Shown: positions 39,501 to 51,500 of the stretch, piece after piece
Layout: every line of letters begins with the position of its first letter
Numbering within the stretch: the stretch's first letter is position 1
DNA from: Podarcis erhardii
Taxonomy: Eukaryota
Assembly: GCA_964252035.1 (NCBI GenBank)
Contig: OZ176201.1
Reading direction: 5' to 3' (one strand)
Length of the DNA stretch: 64,000 nt
Notes under the pieces: model-generated
The model's input: the letters and a program-made list of their open reading frames with translations, nothing else
Database searches by the model: none
Told to the model about the DNA's origin: nothing
Position numbers and translations under genes: made by a program

Positions 39501-42500
39501 GCACAACAGAAATTACTAGTTATGAATAGAAATACTAAGAAGTTGTAAAGGTGGGTTTGTGGGTTGATTTTTTTATTTTAAAAAATCAATTCTTCTCATT
39601 AGTTTTAGAGTAGCCCCATCAGATTCAAAGAGCATGCGCACGTGTACATGGCACCAAACCGGGAAGTGACCAGAAAATGTCACTAAAGGGGCAGAATGGA
39701 ATACTTTACGTGGGCCCCACCGACATGCTCAGGAGTCCAGCATGTAACCCCTGTGCAAAGCAAGGATTGCCTGTAGACAAATGGATTCAGTTCCAAGTAT
39801 TCCAGAGTGAACAGAATAGTTTTAACAAGCTGAGGGATAATTATCACTCGCAGCTCTTTGGAAGACTACAAATAGAACAATGGGCCTTTCCCATGTGTCC
39901 AGTTAATCTGTTTAGGCAACATGGGAAGTATCATTCTGCTTTTAAAGACTGGTTCTTGTGAAGCAGCTGTTCAGTTTGTTTTATGACACCTTTTGTCTTG
40001 TTTCTTTCCTTTTTTTTAATCCTTTAAGGCACAACGTATTGAGCTTGTCTTCAGGAATTGATGAGCCTGGTGTTGTCAAGTGGGACCTGGCACTATGTCT
40101 CCTCCTTGTCTGGGTGATATGTTTCTTTTGCATTTGGAAAGGTGTAAAGTCCACTGGGAAAGTAAGTGCTCTCGGCCTCTCCCTTTGCAATTATAACTGC
40201 CTTGTTTCTTGGAGCGCTGGTATTGGCAAGTCCAAAAAGAAAATGTTCTCTTTGGATCCAATTTCCTCTCAGTCCCACAGTGCATCTCAAACGGGGGGGG
40301 GGGGGGGACTTGAACAAACTTCCAAGCTTGCTTAATCTTTCCCCCACTTTTTGCTCCATAGTTTCCAATAAGAGGGAAAATGAGGTGTTAAAAAGGCCAG
40401 AGAAATTCAAAACATTACTCTGCCTTAACTTCTGTTCGATACCAGCAGAGCATAATCTGCCTTTGAATTCCACCCTCTTTACACACATACACTTTAGGTT
40501 TATAGCCGAAGTGTTTAAATAGGTTCAGAAGTTAGTTTTATGCAGTGGTTTTGAACACTCTCCACATCATCTTGGGCTTAAAATGATTGAATTGCCTTCT
40601 TACTTAGCAAAGGCTAAGTTCCCAATGTTATTTTGAACCTTTCCTAGAATCATAGAATTGTTGAGTTGGAAGGGACCTTGAGGGTCATCTAGTCCAGGGG
40701 TCAGCAAACTTTTTCAGCAGGCTGCCAGCCCACTGTCCCTCAGACCTTGTGGGGGGCTGGACTATATTTTTTGGGGGGAAATCCTATGCCCCACAAATAA
40801 CCCAGAGATGCATTTTAAATAAAAGGACACATTCTACTCATGTAAAAACACACTGATTCCCAGACCATCCGTGGGCCAGATTTGGAAGGCGATTGGGCCT
40901 CATCCGGCCCCCGGGCCTTAGTTTGCCTGCCCATGATCTAGTCCAGTGTTTCCCAACCTTGGGCCTCCAGCTGTTTTTGGACTACAACTCCCATCAACCT
41001 TAGCTAGCAAGACCAGTGGTCAGGGATGATGGGAATTGTAGTCCGAAAACAGCTGGAGGCCCAAGGTTGGGAAACACTGATCTAGTCTAACCCCTGCAAT
41101 GTAGGATTCACAACGTGGCTGAAGCCATACCGAGCCCTGCAAATATGCTAGCAGTTTTATTACTGCACCTCAACATATTCATTGTTTATCCAAGGATGGA
41201 GGATGCATTTATTTATTACATTGTTTCCTCTGTGAACTCTTTGGCTAGACCCACTCAAAACTTGGAAAAAGTTCAGAAACTCTCATAACATCTGGCTTCT
41301 GTTTTTTAGTTGTTTCTCCAAGGTCATAGCTGTTGAACATTCTTAGATATTTTCTTTTTCTTTGAATTGATGAACAGGCCTCTTTGATTTTCCACATTTG
41401 TCAACAATGTACTTCTGGAAGATAGTTCCTTGCCCAACGATAATAATTAGATAGCAGTCAAGTCTCCCTTCATTTTAAACATTTTTAAAAAGAAAAAAGT
41501 ACATAAATTTGAATGTCCAACCTCTCTCTCTCTTTTTTTTTAATCCAAAAAGCAATTTGCATAGCTCAGTGTTTGTTCTGACTGAAAACATTTCTCTTAC
41601 AATTAATTCACATTGGCAAAATATGCTAGGTTGGCTTAGTTTGAAATAATTTCTCAGTAACAATCTTGGGGTGAAAAAGCTGGTGAGTTTTGTTTCTTTA
41701 AGTCAGTTTGAGTCACTTGTGGGGGGGGAGTGACTAATGAATGTAGCAATAGTAACAGTTAAAGTTGGTAATTGTGATGAACAAAAAAAACCCTACTTAC
41801 AAATACTTGTTTAATGTAAAGAAGGGGAAATAACAAAGGCAAGAAAAGAAGGGGAAATAACAAAGGCAAGGATTATATTTAAAAGCAAAACAAAATACTT
41901 TGGGAAGAAAAAATCAGGAAAAAATTACACACAGAGAAATATAATTTACCAAAAGAAAAGCAGGGCATGATATGGAAGGGTGCTGCATTTAGAGATCAAA
42001 CTGGCTGCAGAAATTATTTTGGTGCAACAGGCTTTGATATCTGCCTGTTAAATCTCCCGAGGTTCACTTAAAAGGCAGGAAGATGCATCTCAGGAGCTTT
42101 TATCTTGCTAAACCAATTTCACAAAAACAAAGCTATATTAAAGTAGCAGAGCTGTAATTGCTGGGTGGCATCATCTGACCCTGTTAGCAGAAGAAAGGAA
42201 CCAAATAAATAAATAAACATAAGTTTGAGGCAGATTTCCAGAAGGCACACATGTACTTTTGACAATCATTCAGAGGTAAGCAAGGGGTACAATTCTGCTA
42301 GGGTAATCTGTGGATACTGATTTTATACATCGCCTTCTATTTATTCAGTTTGTGTTACAAGACATTCTCAGTTGATCATGCCCAGGTTCATCCTTTTTCT
42401 GTGCTGGATACAATAGGAACAAAGTTAGGTGCCTTTGATACAATAGTTCGGTGTTTACAACACTGACTGGCAGCAACTCTCCAGTATTTGAAGTAGGGGT

Positions 42501-45500
42501 CCCTCCCAGTCCTACCTGGAAGTGCTGGGGGTTGAATCTGGGACCTTCTGTGGCAAAAAAATGTTCACCATTGAGCTATGGCGCTTCAGATGATAAGTAA
42601 GGAACAGCTCTTTATTGGGTGGGTGGTTGTGATCTACATGGGGTGCCACACATCAGTTCCAGTCTTTAGTGAATCTCCTGATGAAGAGTGTTTAATGATA
42701 TTATAAATACATAAGTTCTATTGAGCATACTAAGGAAGGAAGGAACACCTCCAGTACTCAAATTTCACTGCTGGATATGTGATTTATTTATTTTAATACT
42801 ACATTCTTCATTATTGTGGTGAATGCCACCTGTAGACATCTGTATAATGAGAATGAAGTGTGTTGCCTTGTCGGCCTCACTAGTGGTCCAACCAGCACAG
42901 CCCAATGGTCAGAGATGATGGTAGTTGGAGAGCACCATGTCGATCATGCCTGACATAGTGGTGATCTGGGGGAACTGGAAACAGAAATGTGACCAGTATT
43001 AAAGTCAGCATTAAAGTCCGATAATGTACTTTCTCTGTCATGATGGATATATGCGCATGCAGTTAAGGGGAACCTGCTGTGATCTACTGAATAATGAAAG
43101 CTGAGAGCAAACAGGAGGATAAGAATTTAAGATAAGAGATGAGCCCATTTGCAACCTCAAATACTAGGCGTATACAATTAAAATTCTAGCTTTTTATTGT
43201 CAAAAAGTGATAACATTTTTCATTTTTAATACCAGGTTGTGTACATAACAGCAACATTCCCATTCATCATGCTTCTTGTACTGTTAATCCGTGGTGTCAC
43301 TTTACCTGGAGCTTCAACGGGCATCAAGTTTTATCTTTACCCTGACATTTCTCGGCTAGCAGATCCACAGGTGGGTTACTAAAGACTGGAAGTGGTGATA
43401 CTTTTCTTCCTATGCTCTAAACAAACTGTGAGGAGGGCAGTGGGATGATTGTGCAGTAGATTTTCTTGTAATCTTGAAGCAGTCAAAACCTAATTGAAGA
43501 TTACCTCCATGGTGTTATTCCTTTCCACCGTATCTTGTCAAAAAGGTTATTATTGTTAATGTGTTAATGCATTTTCCATGTGTGTATATCTTTTTATATC
43601 AGAAGGATTCTGAGGCTTGTAGACTCTGTCCAAATATAGCATCTCAGCTTTTTTGTTGATATTAGGCTGTGGACAAGGTAAGGGAGATAATTTTTGCTTC
43701 AGTCTTTAGCTCTTAAAGGCAGCAAAATTATGGAGCAGCGAACAGAACGGTAAGGAGCACTTGTGAGTATTTGCAAATGTCCATGTCATATGGACGCCCT
43801 TGGGGGAAGGCAGTTAAGGACAGTGAAATAAAATGGGAAATGCTGAATACCTTTCACGTTCTTTGTAGAAACTTGCTTCTATGCAAATGTTTGGAAGATA
43901 GCACCCTTAGTAAAACTCAGGAGTATAGCACTTTCTTTTCTTTATTTGCTCCATCTTCAACTGCTTACAAATTATGTGACAGTTTATTTTATGATCTGGT
44001 CAGCCACAAGCTCTACCCCATAGCAATGGGGAAATGCAAAACTGTTAAAGTAGGGTGGGGTGGGGAATGCACATAAGACTATGATAATATTGTGATACGA
44101 ACAGTAAATGAAAAGCAACTTATGATACAAGCCGGATGAAAATGCCACTGAGTACAATCCATCTAGAACACCATTTATAGCAGCTATGGGAGAGGTTGCT
44201 GCTTCTTTCCTGTTCTGATTCGTTAAACTCTTCTTTGTTAGCCTAAGCCAGGGCTGGGGAACCCCTTTCAGGCCAAGGGTCACATTCCCACCTGGGCAGC
44301 CTTCTGTGGGGCAGGGGACACGTGCCAGCAGTGGGAGGGGACAGTTGCAAAAGTGGGTGAAGCAACAAATGCAATTTTTACCTTTGTACAGTGGGACTCA
44401 TTTCTACACACAGCCCTTGCTATCCTCCATCCAGGATACCAAGAGGCATTGTCATAGTTCAAAGACATATTCCCACAAAGGGAAAACCCTTAAGGGGGAT
44501 CTGAAATAGTGCTGGTGGAGGGTATGGCCTTGAGAGTGTTCTAGGCGGTAGACAGAGAGGGCTGGAGGGCAGTGTTTTGCCATCTGGTGAGGTTCCCTAC
44601 CACTGGCCTAAGCAGAGCGCACTGGAAGACATAGTTGGCCACAGCAAGAAAAACCCTAAGAGGTATTGGGAGGAAGCATAGTGCTATCCACCAAAAAGCC
44701 TGGGATCCTTAAACCACTGAACTGATCTTGAAATGTATCTTGTGTGTATATTAGTCTGCTGGGATCTACAATGGGTGATGCTCAAAACTGGGACTGTATA
44801 TATGTAATGCTCTGTTGTTTTTGTTTAAAAGAACTGATTGCATTTTTATTCACTTTTATGCCAAAATGTTGTGATATGATATTGAACAGTGTAGGTGCAT
44901 TCAATAGCTAGCATTTATGAGCGGATTATTTTAAAGAGACGTCTATTGTTGTCACATTGTGGGGGTTGCATAGTCTGTATTAGCTTTAGATAAATGGCCG
45001 GTGCTGGTGCAAAATGCAGCCTTCTAATGGGCCTTTTCGTGTTTTCTTTAGGTCTGGATAGATGCTGGGACGCAAATCTTCTTCTCCTATGCAATCTGCT
45101 TAGGTGCAATGACTTCCTTGGGGAGCTACAACAAATACAAATACAACTGCTATAGGCAAGTTTCCTACCAAAGGGGTTTAGTACATGTTAGCTAATTGAT
45201 GTGTAGGGAACCATGGGTTCAATTTTTTTCTCCAATTAACTTCCTCCATGACATATGTGTGACNNNNNNNNNNNNNNNNNNNNNNNNNNNNNNNNNNNNN
45301 NNNNNNNNNNNNNNNNNNNNNNNNNNNNNNNNNNNNNNNNNNNNNNNNNNNNNNNNNNNNNNNNNNNNNNNNNNNNNNNNNNNNNNNNNNNNNNNCGATG
45401 GTGTCGGTGGCAGTGATGGTGGGCACTGCCACCCAGTGTGTGAGCAAAGTAATACAAACCAAATCAACCGCCCCTCTCCCCTCCCCCCAAAAGGAGATAT

Positions 45501-48500
45501 TTTGAAAAGTAAAATTACTCAGCATTTCAGGAGACAAAGTCTTAATTTATTTCAATGGGTGTGACAGTTTGAAACAAATTGAAAACATGCAGAAACATAA
45601 AATGGAATTGAGTTTAAAAGAAATGCCCAGAACAGAGTCAAAAATATGCGAGATGCAAACAGTTTATAAATATATGAACCTCTGTGGTCGCTCTCCATTT
45701 GCTTCAATCAAATTCCGAATAGATATGATCGCCGAAAGCTCCATAGACCCACAGCAAGTGACCTCAAGAGATTATAGCTGTGCTAGGATATGCCTTGAGT
45801 TTTATTGCACCATGTATATTTTAGTGAAGGGCCATTGCTTTCCATGACAAGGCTGTATAGAAACTAGGAAGAGAGGAGTCCCCCTTTTTGTACCCTTCCT
45901 GCCCTCCCAACATATTTTACCTTTGTGCATAGAGCACTTCCATGTACAGGAAACAGTGGATTGATTCCTACACATATTTCCCTGGGATACATGTGCATTA
46001 AAAGAACAATATGTCCTTATCTCATTTACTTTCGAACAAAGCATGCATATTTTTCTGGACTTGCCTTGTAACACCTGAGGAAGCACAGCAACTCAAATTA
46101 TGCCTTTGAAGCCCAGACGTGCTAGACCAAATGCTCTTTTCATTGTAGTCTATGTGAACTTACTTAAAACGATAGCACTTAGACTGGCTGGCAGCAATTT
46201 CTGCAACTAGCTAGTAAAAAGGGTATTGTAGAACCCCAGAGGTTTCTGCTGGTCATATCCATTATACACATTTTATTTTTCTCTGTGAGTGCAGGTTTGG
46301 TGAGGTTCAAAACAGTTTGAAAAGGCAATAAATGTGCATCGGCATTGGATGTGAAGCCGTTAAAAGGCTGTGACTACCCTAATATTAATGCACATCTCAG
46401 GCAGCAGACAAAGGTCACCCATTCGGGTGCTGTGGGGAAAACTTGTACTGTGATTTTGCCGTGCCATATTGTCAAACAGATTGGTTTTTCTTCCTATAGT
46501 GCCATTTTAATAGTGGTGAGGAATGCCAGTGGAGATTTGTATATTCCCTCAAATTTTATTTTTCTTTATTTAAGAAACAAGGCTAGTTCTTCAAGGCAGG
46601 CAGGCAGGAAAATGAGGGAGCTGGGAATGGCTGTTAACATCCCAATGCAGAGCTTAACCCTGTTGATTTCAATTAGCTTAAGCTTGCTTAAGGCTGCAAT
46701 CCTGTGCACACATATCTGAGAGCAAACCACACTGAACACAGCAGGTTTTATTTCTTCTGAGTAAGCATGTGCTTGTCAGTCTGTTGAAAGATTGTAGCCA
46801 TCAGATCTAAATGTTTGATGCCTTAGTCTTACACAGCACTTTTTTTAATGAAAAAGTGGCTAAGGCTGATGTTAATTTAGACCCACTTAGTTCAGTCGGA
46901 CTTACTTCCAAGTACATGTGGGTAGGAGAATCAGCCTAAGTAACTTTATGAGCAGATAAGCAACTGCAGGATACAATAGTTGGCCATAGTGAGCTCCATT
47001 GAGAGATGAGCCCAGGAAACCAGTACTTTTTAGCTCTGTATGCATAGAACAGCTTGAGGTGAGCATAGTCTCCCCCCCCCTTTTTTTTCTTTTAAAAAAG
47101 TTAAAATATTTTCAAGGGGAAGTAGAAGAACTGGATTCAGTTCTATTTCCCTTCCTAAATAACTGACTGATGCAATTTTTATTTTTTTAAAATAATGTAT
47201 TCAGTCACAGCAGTTGGTTCACAAGAGGGAATAATGTGGATAAGATCCATTTGTACATTTTGTTCCTTACCCAGCAAGAGATGTTTGTCATGACCTTAAA
47301 TAACCTTAAATATGCATTTGCCCCAGTGCCACTAATTCAGAGAAAAGTGGCTGCACTTAATTTCCATTGAAATCAAGGGCACGTCTAACTTAAATCTCAT
47401 TTATTTTAGTGGGTCATGCTCAACTATTTTTTCTGAGGTGAAGACCATAGATTCAGGATTGGGGTGCCAGCATTTTTTCATTTTGCTGCACCAATCTACC
47501 TTTCCATTCAGTTTAATGGCATGGAAAATGGAAGGTAGCAGAGGCATTCAGTGGTGAGTGACAAGGACTAATCTGTGGAGAGAATTCTTTTGCTGTACTT
47601 TGTAACATATAAAAGAAGAAAAACAAAGTAGAGCTATAAACTGGAATGCCAGTGTATTTTCTTTAAACAAAAGCTTGTATGAAAAGTGTTGATGTAATAT
47701 TTTCGGTCATCTTTAAAACTACCCAAATACTTTAAACATAAACAATAGCGCTTTTTGGCTTTTTCATCCCTATATGATTCTTTATTGCACCTGAATAAGT
47801 GTCACCAATATAAACTGAAAGCTCATCTCATTGTATGCATGACTGTCACGTGCCATGGAAATGAGCTTGGTTTTGGCTTCTAGTGGCTCATCCACAGTGC
47901 AGATATGGAATAATCTACCAATGATTATTAACAATACTAGTTGAGGGACATTAGCCTTATTTCAGCCACCAGCTTGTTTTCAGAATGAAAAAACAGCAGC
48001 TATTGCTTTGTATCTTAAAAGAATACTGCCTACTGATAGCAGCAAATTGATTCATTATACCAGTTACAGATAGGTAGCCGTGTTGGTCTGCCATGGTCAA
48101 AACAAAATAAAAAAAATCCTTCCAGTAGCACCTTAAAGACCAACTGAGTTAGTTCTAGGTATGAGCTTTCGTGTGCATGCACACTTCTTCAGATACCTGA
48201 AGAAGTGTGCATGCACACGAAAGCTCATACCTAGAACTAACTCAGTTGGTCTTTAAGGTGCTACTGGAAGGATTTTTTTTATTTTGTTTTGATTCATTAT
48301 AGGCATTGGGTAAGCCATTAACACAATGCAGCTACCAACCCCTTCATAGGAAGGGACAGAGGATTGATTAGATAGTCAAGTCAGTTTTTTGACTTCCTTT
48401 GTTGTGGTATGGAAATGCTTTTTGTTGGCATTGATAGAACTGTGGAGGGGTATAACAGCTCCAAAACTGGCCTGTGGAGCACAAATCCCAAACCCTTGAA

Positions 48501-51500
48501 GGCTATTTTGTTGGTTTTATTTGTCCAAGGAGGGGCTGGGGGTTGCGAAAACAAAGAGAACACGTATGGCATTTCCCCCCTCCTCTGTTCGTAAAGGAGC
48601 ACAGGAACCGGTCATCCTATAACTATGTCTCATTTACACCATAAGCCCAGCTGCTCATCTTCTATCTTATTCACTTTCTGCATGATGCGTGTAGAGTTTG
48701 ACCTATTCTTGGCATGTTGAGGCAGATGCTGAGACTGATAGTGGATAAATAATGGCTTTTGAATTTGATTATTGGAGTTCCTGTTCTAGCAATGCATGCT
48801 TCTTTGTCAGATAAAGGATCCAAGTGAATTCCATTCTGGAATCTTCAGTTGGGTTTTGGTTTATCTGAATCGAATCAAGCATCTGTTCTGGAGAGGCAGA
48901 GGGGGTCTTGCCTTTGAAAATGAGCTGCTTACTTATTATGTCTTCTCCTCTTTCTCTCCCTTTATTCCTTTAGGTCCAGGCCTGGCCTTTATTGCCTATC
49001 CGAAAGCTGTGTCCATGATGCCACTCCCAACTTTTTGGGCTATTCTTTTTTTTATTATGCTTCTGTTGCTTGGCCTGGACAGCCAGGTGAGTAACCATAG
49101 CAACAAACACAGCATCCATACTGTATGATGGAAAATTTAACAATGTAATTGGGTTTGTTGCATTTTCTGCTCTGGGGCAAATACATCATAAATGTTGCAG
49201 AAAAGGATTGCTTCATTCTCTAGCAGAGAAAGGATAACAGCTGTTAATCAGTGTTAGCCTATGCACTGTTTTGAAGTGTATGAAGTGGCTAATTAAGTTA
49301 TTCAGGAAGTTTTCAGCTAAATCAGAAAGGGACAAAGCCATCCTTGGGATGTGGGGTTGAGTCCCCTTGCATGTCCTGCCTTTCATAAGGTCTCTTACAG
49401 GTCAGCACCCTTGAAAACTGAAACCATGGATAAGCTCTCTTTTAAAACAGTTAGACTAAATGTGTAGTACACATTGGTGGTGTTGTTATTCCTTGAGGAA
49501 ATGGACGGCTGCCCCGCCTCCCCAAAGAGACCTATTTATATGACGCAAATAAATCTGTTAATAATTTGTAGGCTATTGCTAGTTGCACAGATGTACCAGG
49601 GATTTAGGGGGTATTTCATTGAGTTGGTTTAAGAATTTAAACTAACAAGGTTCTATTTATTCCTTGGGAAAGTAGCTTTAACATTAAATAAATCTACTTG
49701 ACAGGGGCAGAAAGTTTACTGAATTCAAAACCTCTCATATGAGCAGCGATTAGTGGAGTTTTCCCTCTGGCTGTTACTCACTTGATCTCTTAAATTGGCA
49801 AAGCATTCCATTTGTTCTAAATGGCTCTTTAGTGCTTAATCTTTGAACTCCAGTGAGTGACTTTTAATCACTTCCAAATTGAATGTTAAAACATGCTTGG
49901 TGCTGTGGTTCTGCAACCAAGTACTTATGTAAATTGAGGGTTGCCTAGTAATTTTAAGTCATTTCTCACTGTGTCGAATAATTAAAACTAATTGGAGCAC
50001 TTAATGTTTTGTTTGCTTTTGGAGCGCTGTCAGGCAGGATTTTGGAATGCTAGAATAGCTTAGGAGCAAGCTAGACTATAGTTGTATTGCAACAGAAGAA
50101 GAAAAAACTGCTGGAAGTGTACTGCATTTTAAGGCCCTGGGTTAAAGAAAGATTTTAATACATTAGCTTGTGAGTTAGCTTTACAGAGCACAGTACTAGT
50201 GCAGTTAGCAGAAACAAATATGATATGTTATGTGTGTAAAGAAAATTGCTTATATCCCCATGCATAATAAACTGAAAGAAGAAGATAGGGACTTATTTTT
50301 AAATACTTGGGAGGAGGACATTCTAAGTGCAAAACCCCAGTTGGACACCACTCACAGGCTGTAACCTTGACTTGTTGAAAGGTTAAGCAAGTAAATGGAT
50401 TCAGCTTCTCCAGTGAGAGTGCCAGCACTGTTTCCAAGGCATGCCTTGTATGAAAGAATGGAACACATTCATGGCAGTTGTTCAGGGTTCTTTTTTCTTT
50501 CCTTTTCTGCCAGTTTGTTGAAGTTGAAGGACAGATCACGTCATTAGTTGATCTGTACCCATCCTTCCTAAGGAAGGGTTACCGACGGGAAATCTTCATC
50601 GCTATAATATGTTTCGTCAGCTATCTTCTGGGACTATCTATGGTGACTGAAGTAAGTGAGACGAGCTGGTGTGGGTTTGCTTGGGTTTTGATTTCATTCT
50701 GTGAAGTCAAATAGTACAGTGCAAGAGGGAAGCAATCACAGTTCAATGGCAGAGCACAGGCTTTGCATGTGAAAAGGGCCCAGGTTGATTTCCTGCATCT
50801 CCAGTTAAAATAAAATTGGGAGAACTTTTCCTTCTTAGAGCTTCAGAGAGCTGGTAGCAGCCAGAGCTAACAGTACTGGGCTGGATATACAAATAGTTTG
50901 GCCTGAGCATAGGGGAAATTCCTTGGTACCTAAGAGAGTAGCCTGGCTCTATAAAACGGTTACTCTGTTGTTGTCGTTGTTGTTTTTTAAAGCAGAAAGA
51001 ACAGCTGAGAACTGATTTATCCAAAGCTTTCATTTCTCTTAAGTTCTGCAGTGGTGTCAATGTAAGGCCATGCCAGTTGCAGCCCTGTGTATTATTAGTC
51101 CTGCTTTTAAACAGCACTGCATTTCCCCCAAGCTTATTTTTATAGAAGAACCTAGACAGCGTGCTCCGTTGTGCTGTAGATCTGGAGTAAACAAAGCTAG
51201 ACAGATGTGAAACATGTGGGAAATGGTGCAGGTTGAAGCCTATCTCATTATATTTGGGGCTTCAAAAGCACGTCAGAGCGCAAGTAGATAAATAGGCACC
51301 GTTCCGGCGGGAAGGTAAATGGCATTTCCGTGCGCTGCTCTGGTTTGCCAGAGGCGGCTTAGTCATGCTGGCCACATGACCCAGAAGCTGTACGCCGGTT
51401 CCCTCAGCCAGTAAAGCGAGATGAGGGCTACAACCCCAGAGTCGTCCGCGACTGGACTTAACTGTCAGGGGTCCCTTTACCCTTACAAGAGAGCCTTATA

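Larger units (their letters stand above)
40644..41110 (-). mobile_element. CR1 3'-end fragment split by two hAT MITEs
   Basis: tagaatcatagaattgttgagttggaagggaccttgagggtcatctagtc [inserts] taacccctgcaatgtagg rejoins to the usual CR1 terminal motif. Confidence 0.75.

Noticed and set aside
39630-39730. NRF1-like GCATGCGCA overlapping E-box CACGTG with a nearby GGAAGT
   Set aside because: Short motifs in an isolated intronic spot, possibly inside an old repeat; nothing else supports a regulatory role.
45178-45564. ORFs spanning the N run
   Set aside because: Artefacts of unknown bases lacking stop codons.
2526-47176. Scattered ATF4/CARE-like 9-mers (e.g. 2526, 24346, 24880, 47168)
   Set aside because: The count is near chance expectation; no clustering or conservation evidence available.
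45156-48973. SLC6A6 as a pseudogene lacking an exon
   Set aside because: All visible exons are open with intact splice sites, and an N gap of the right size and position explains the absence.
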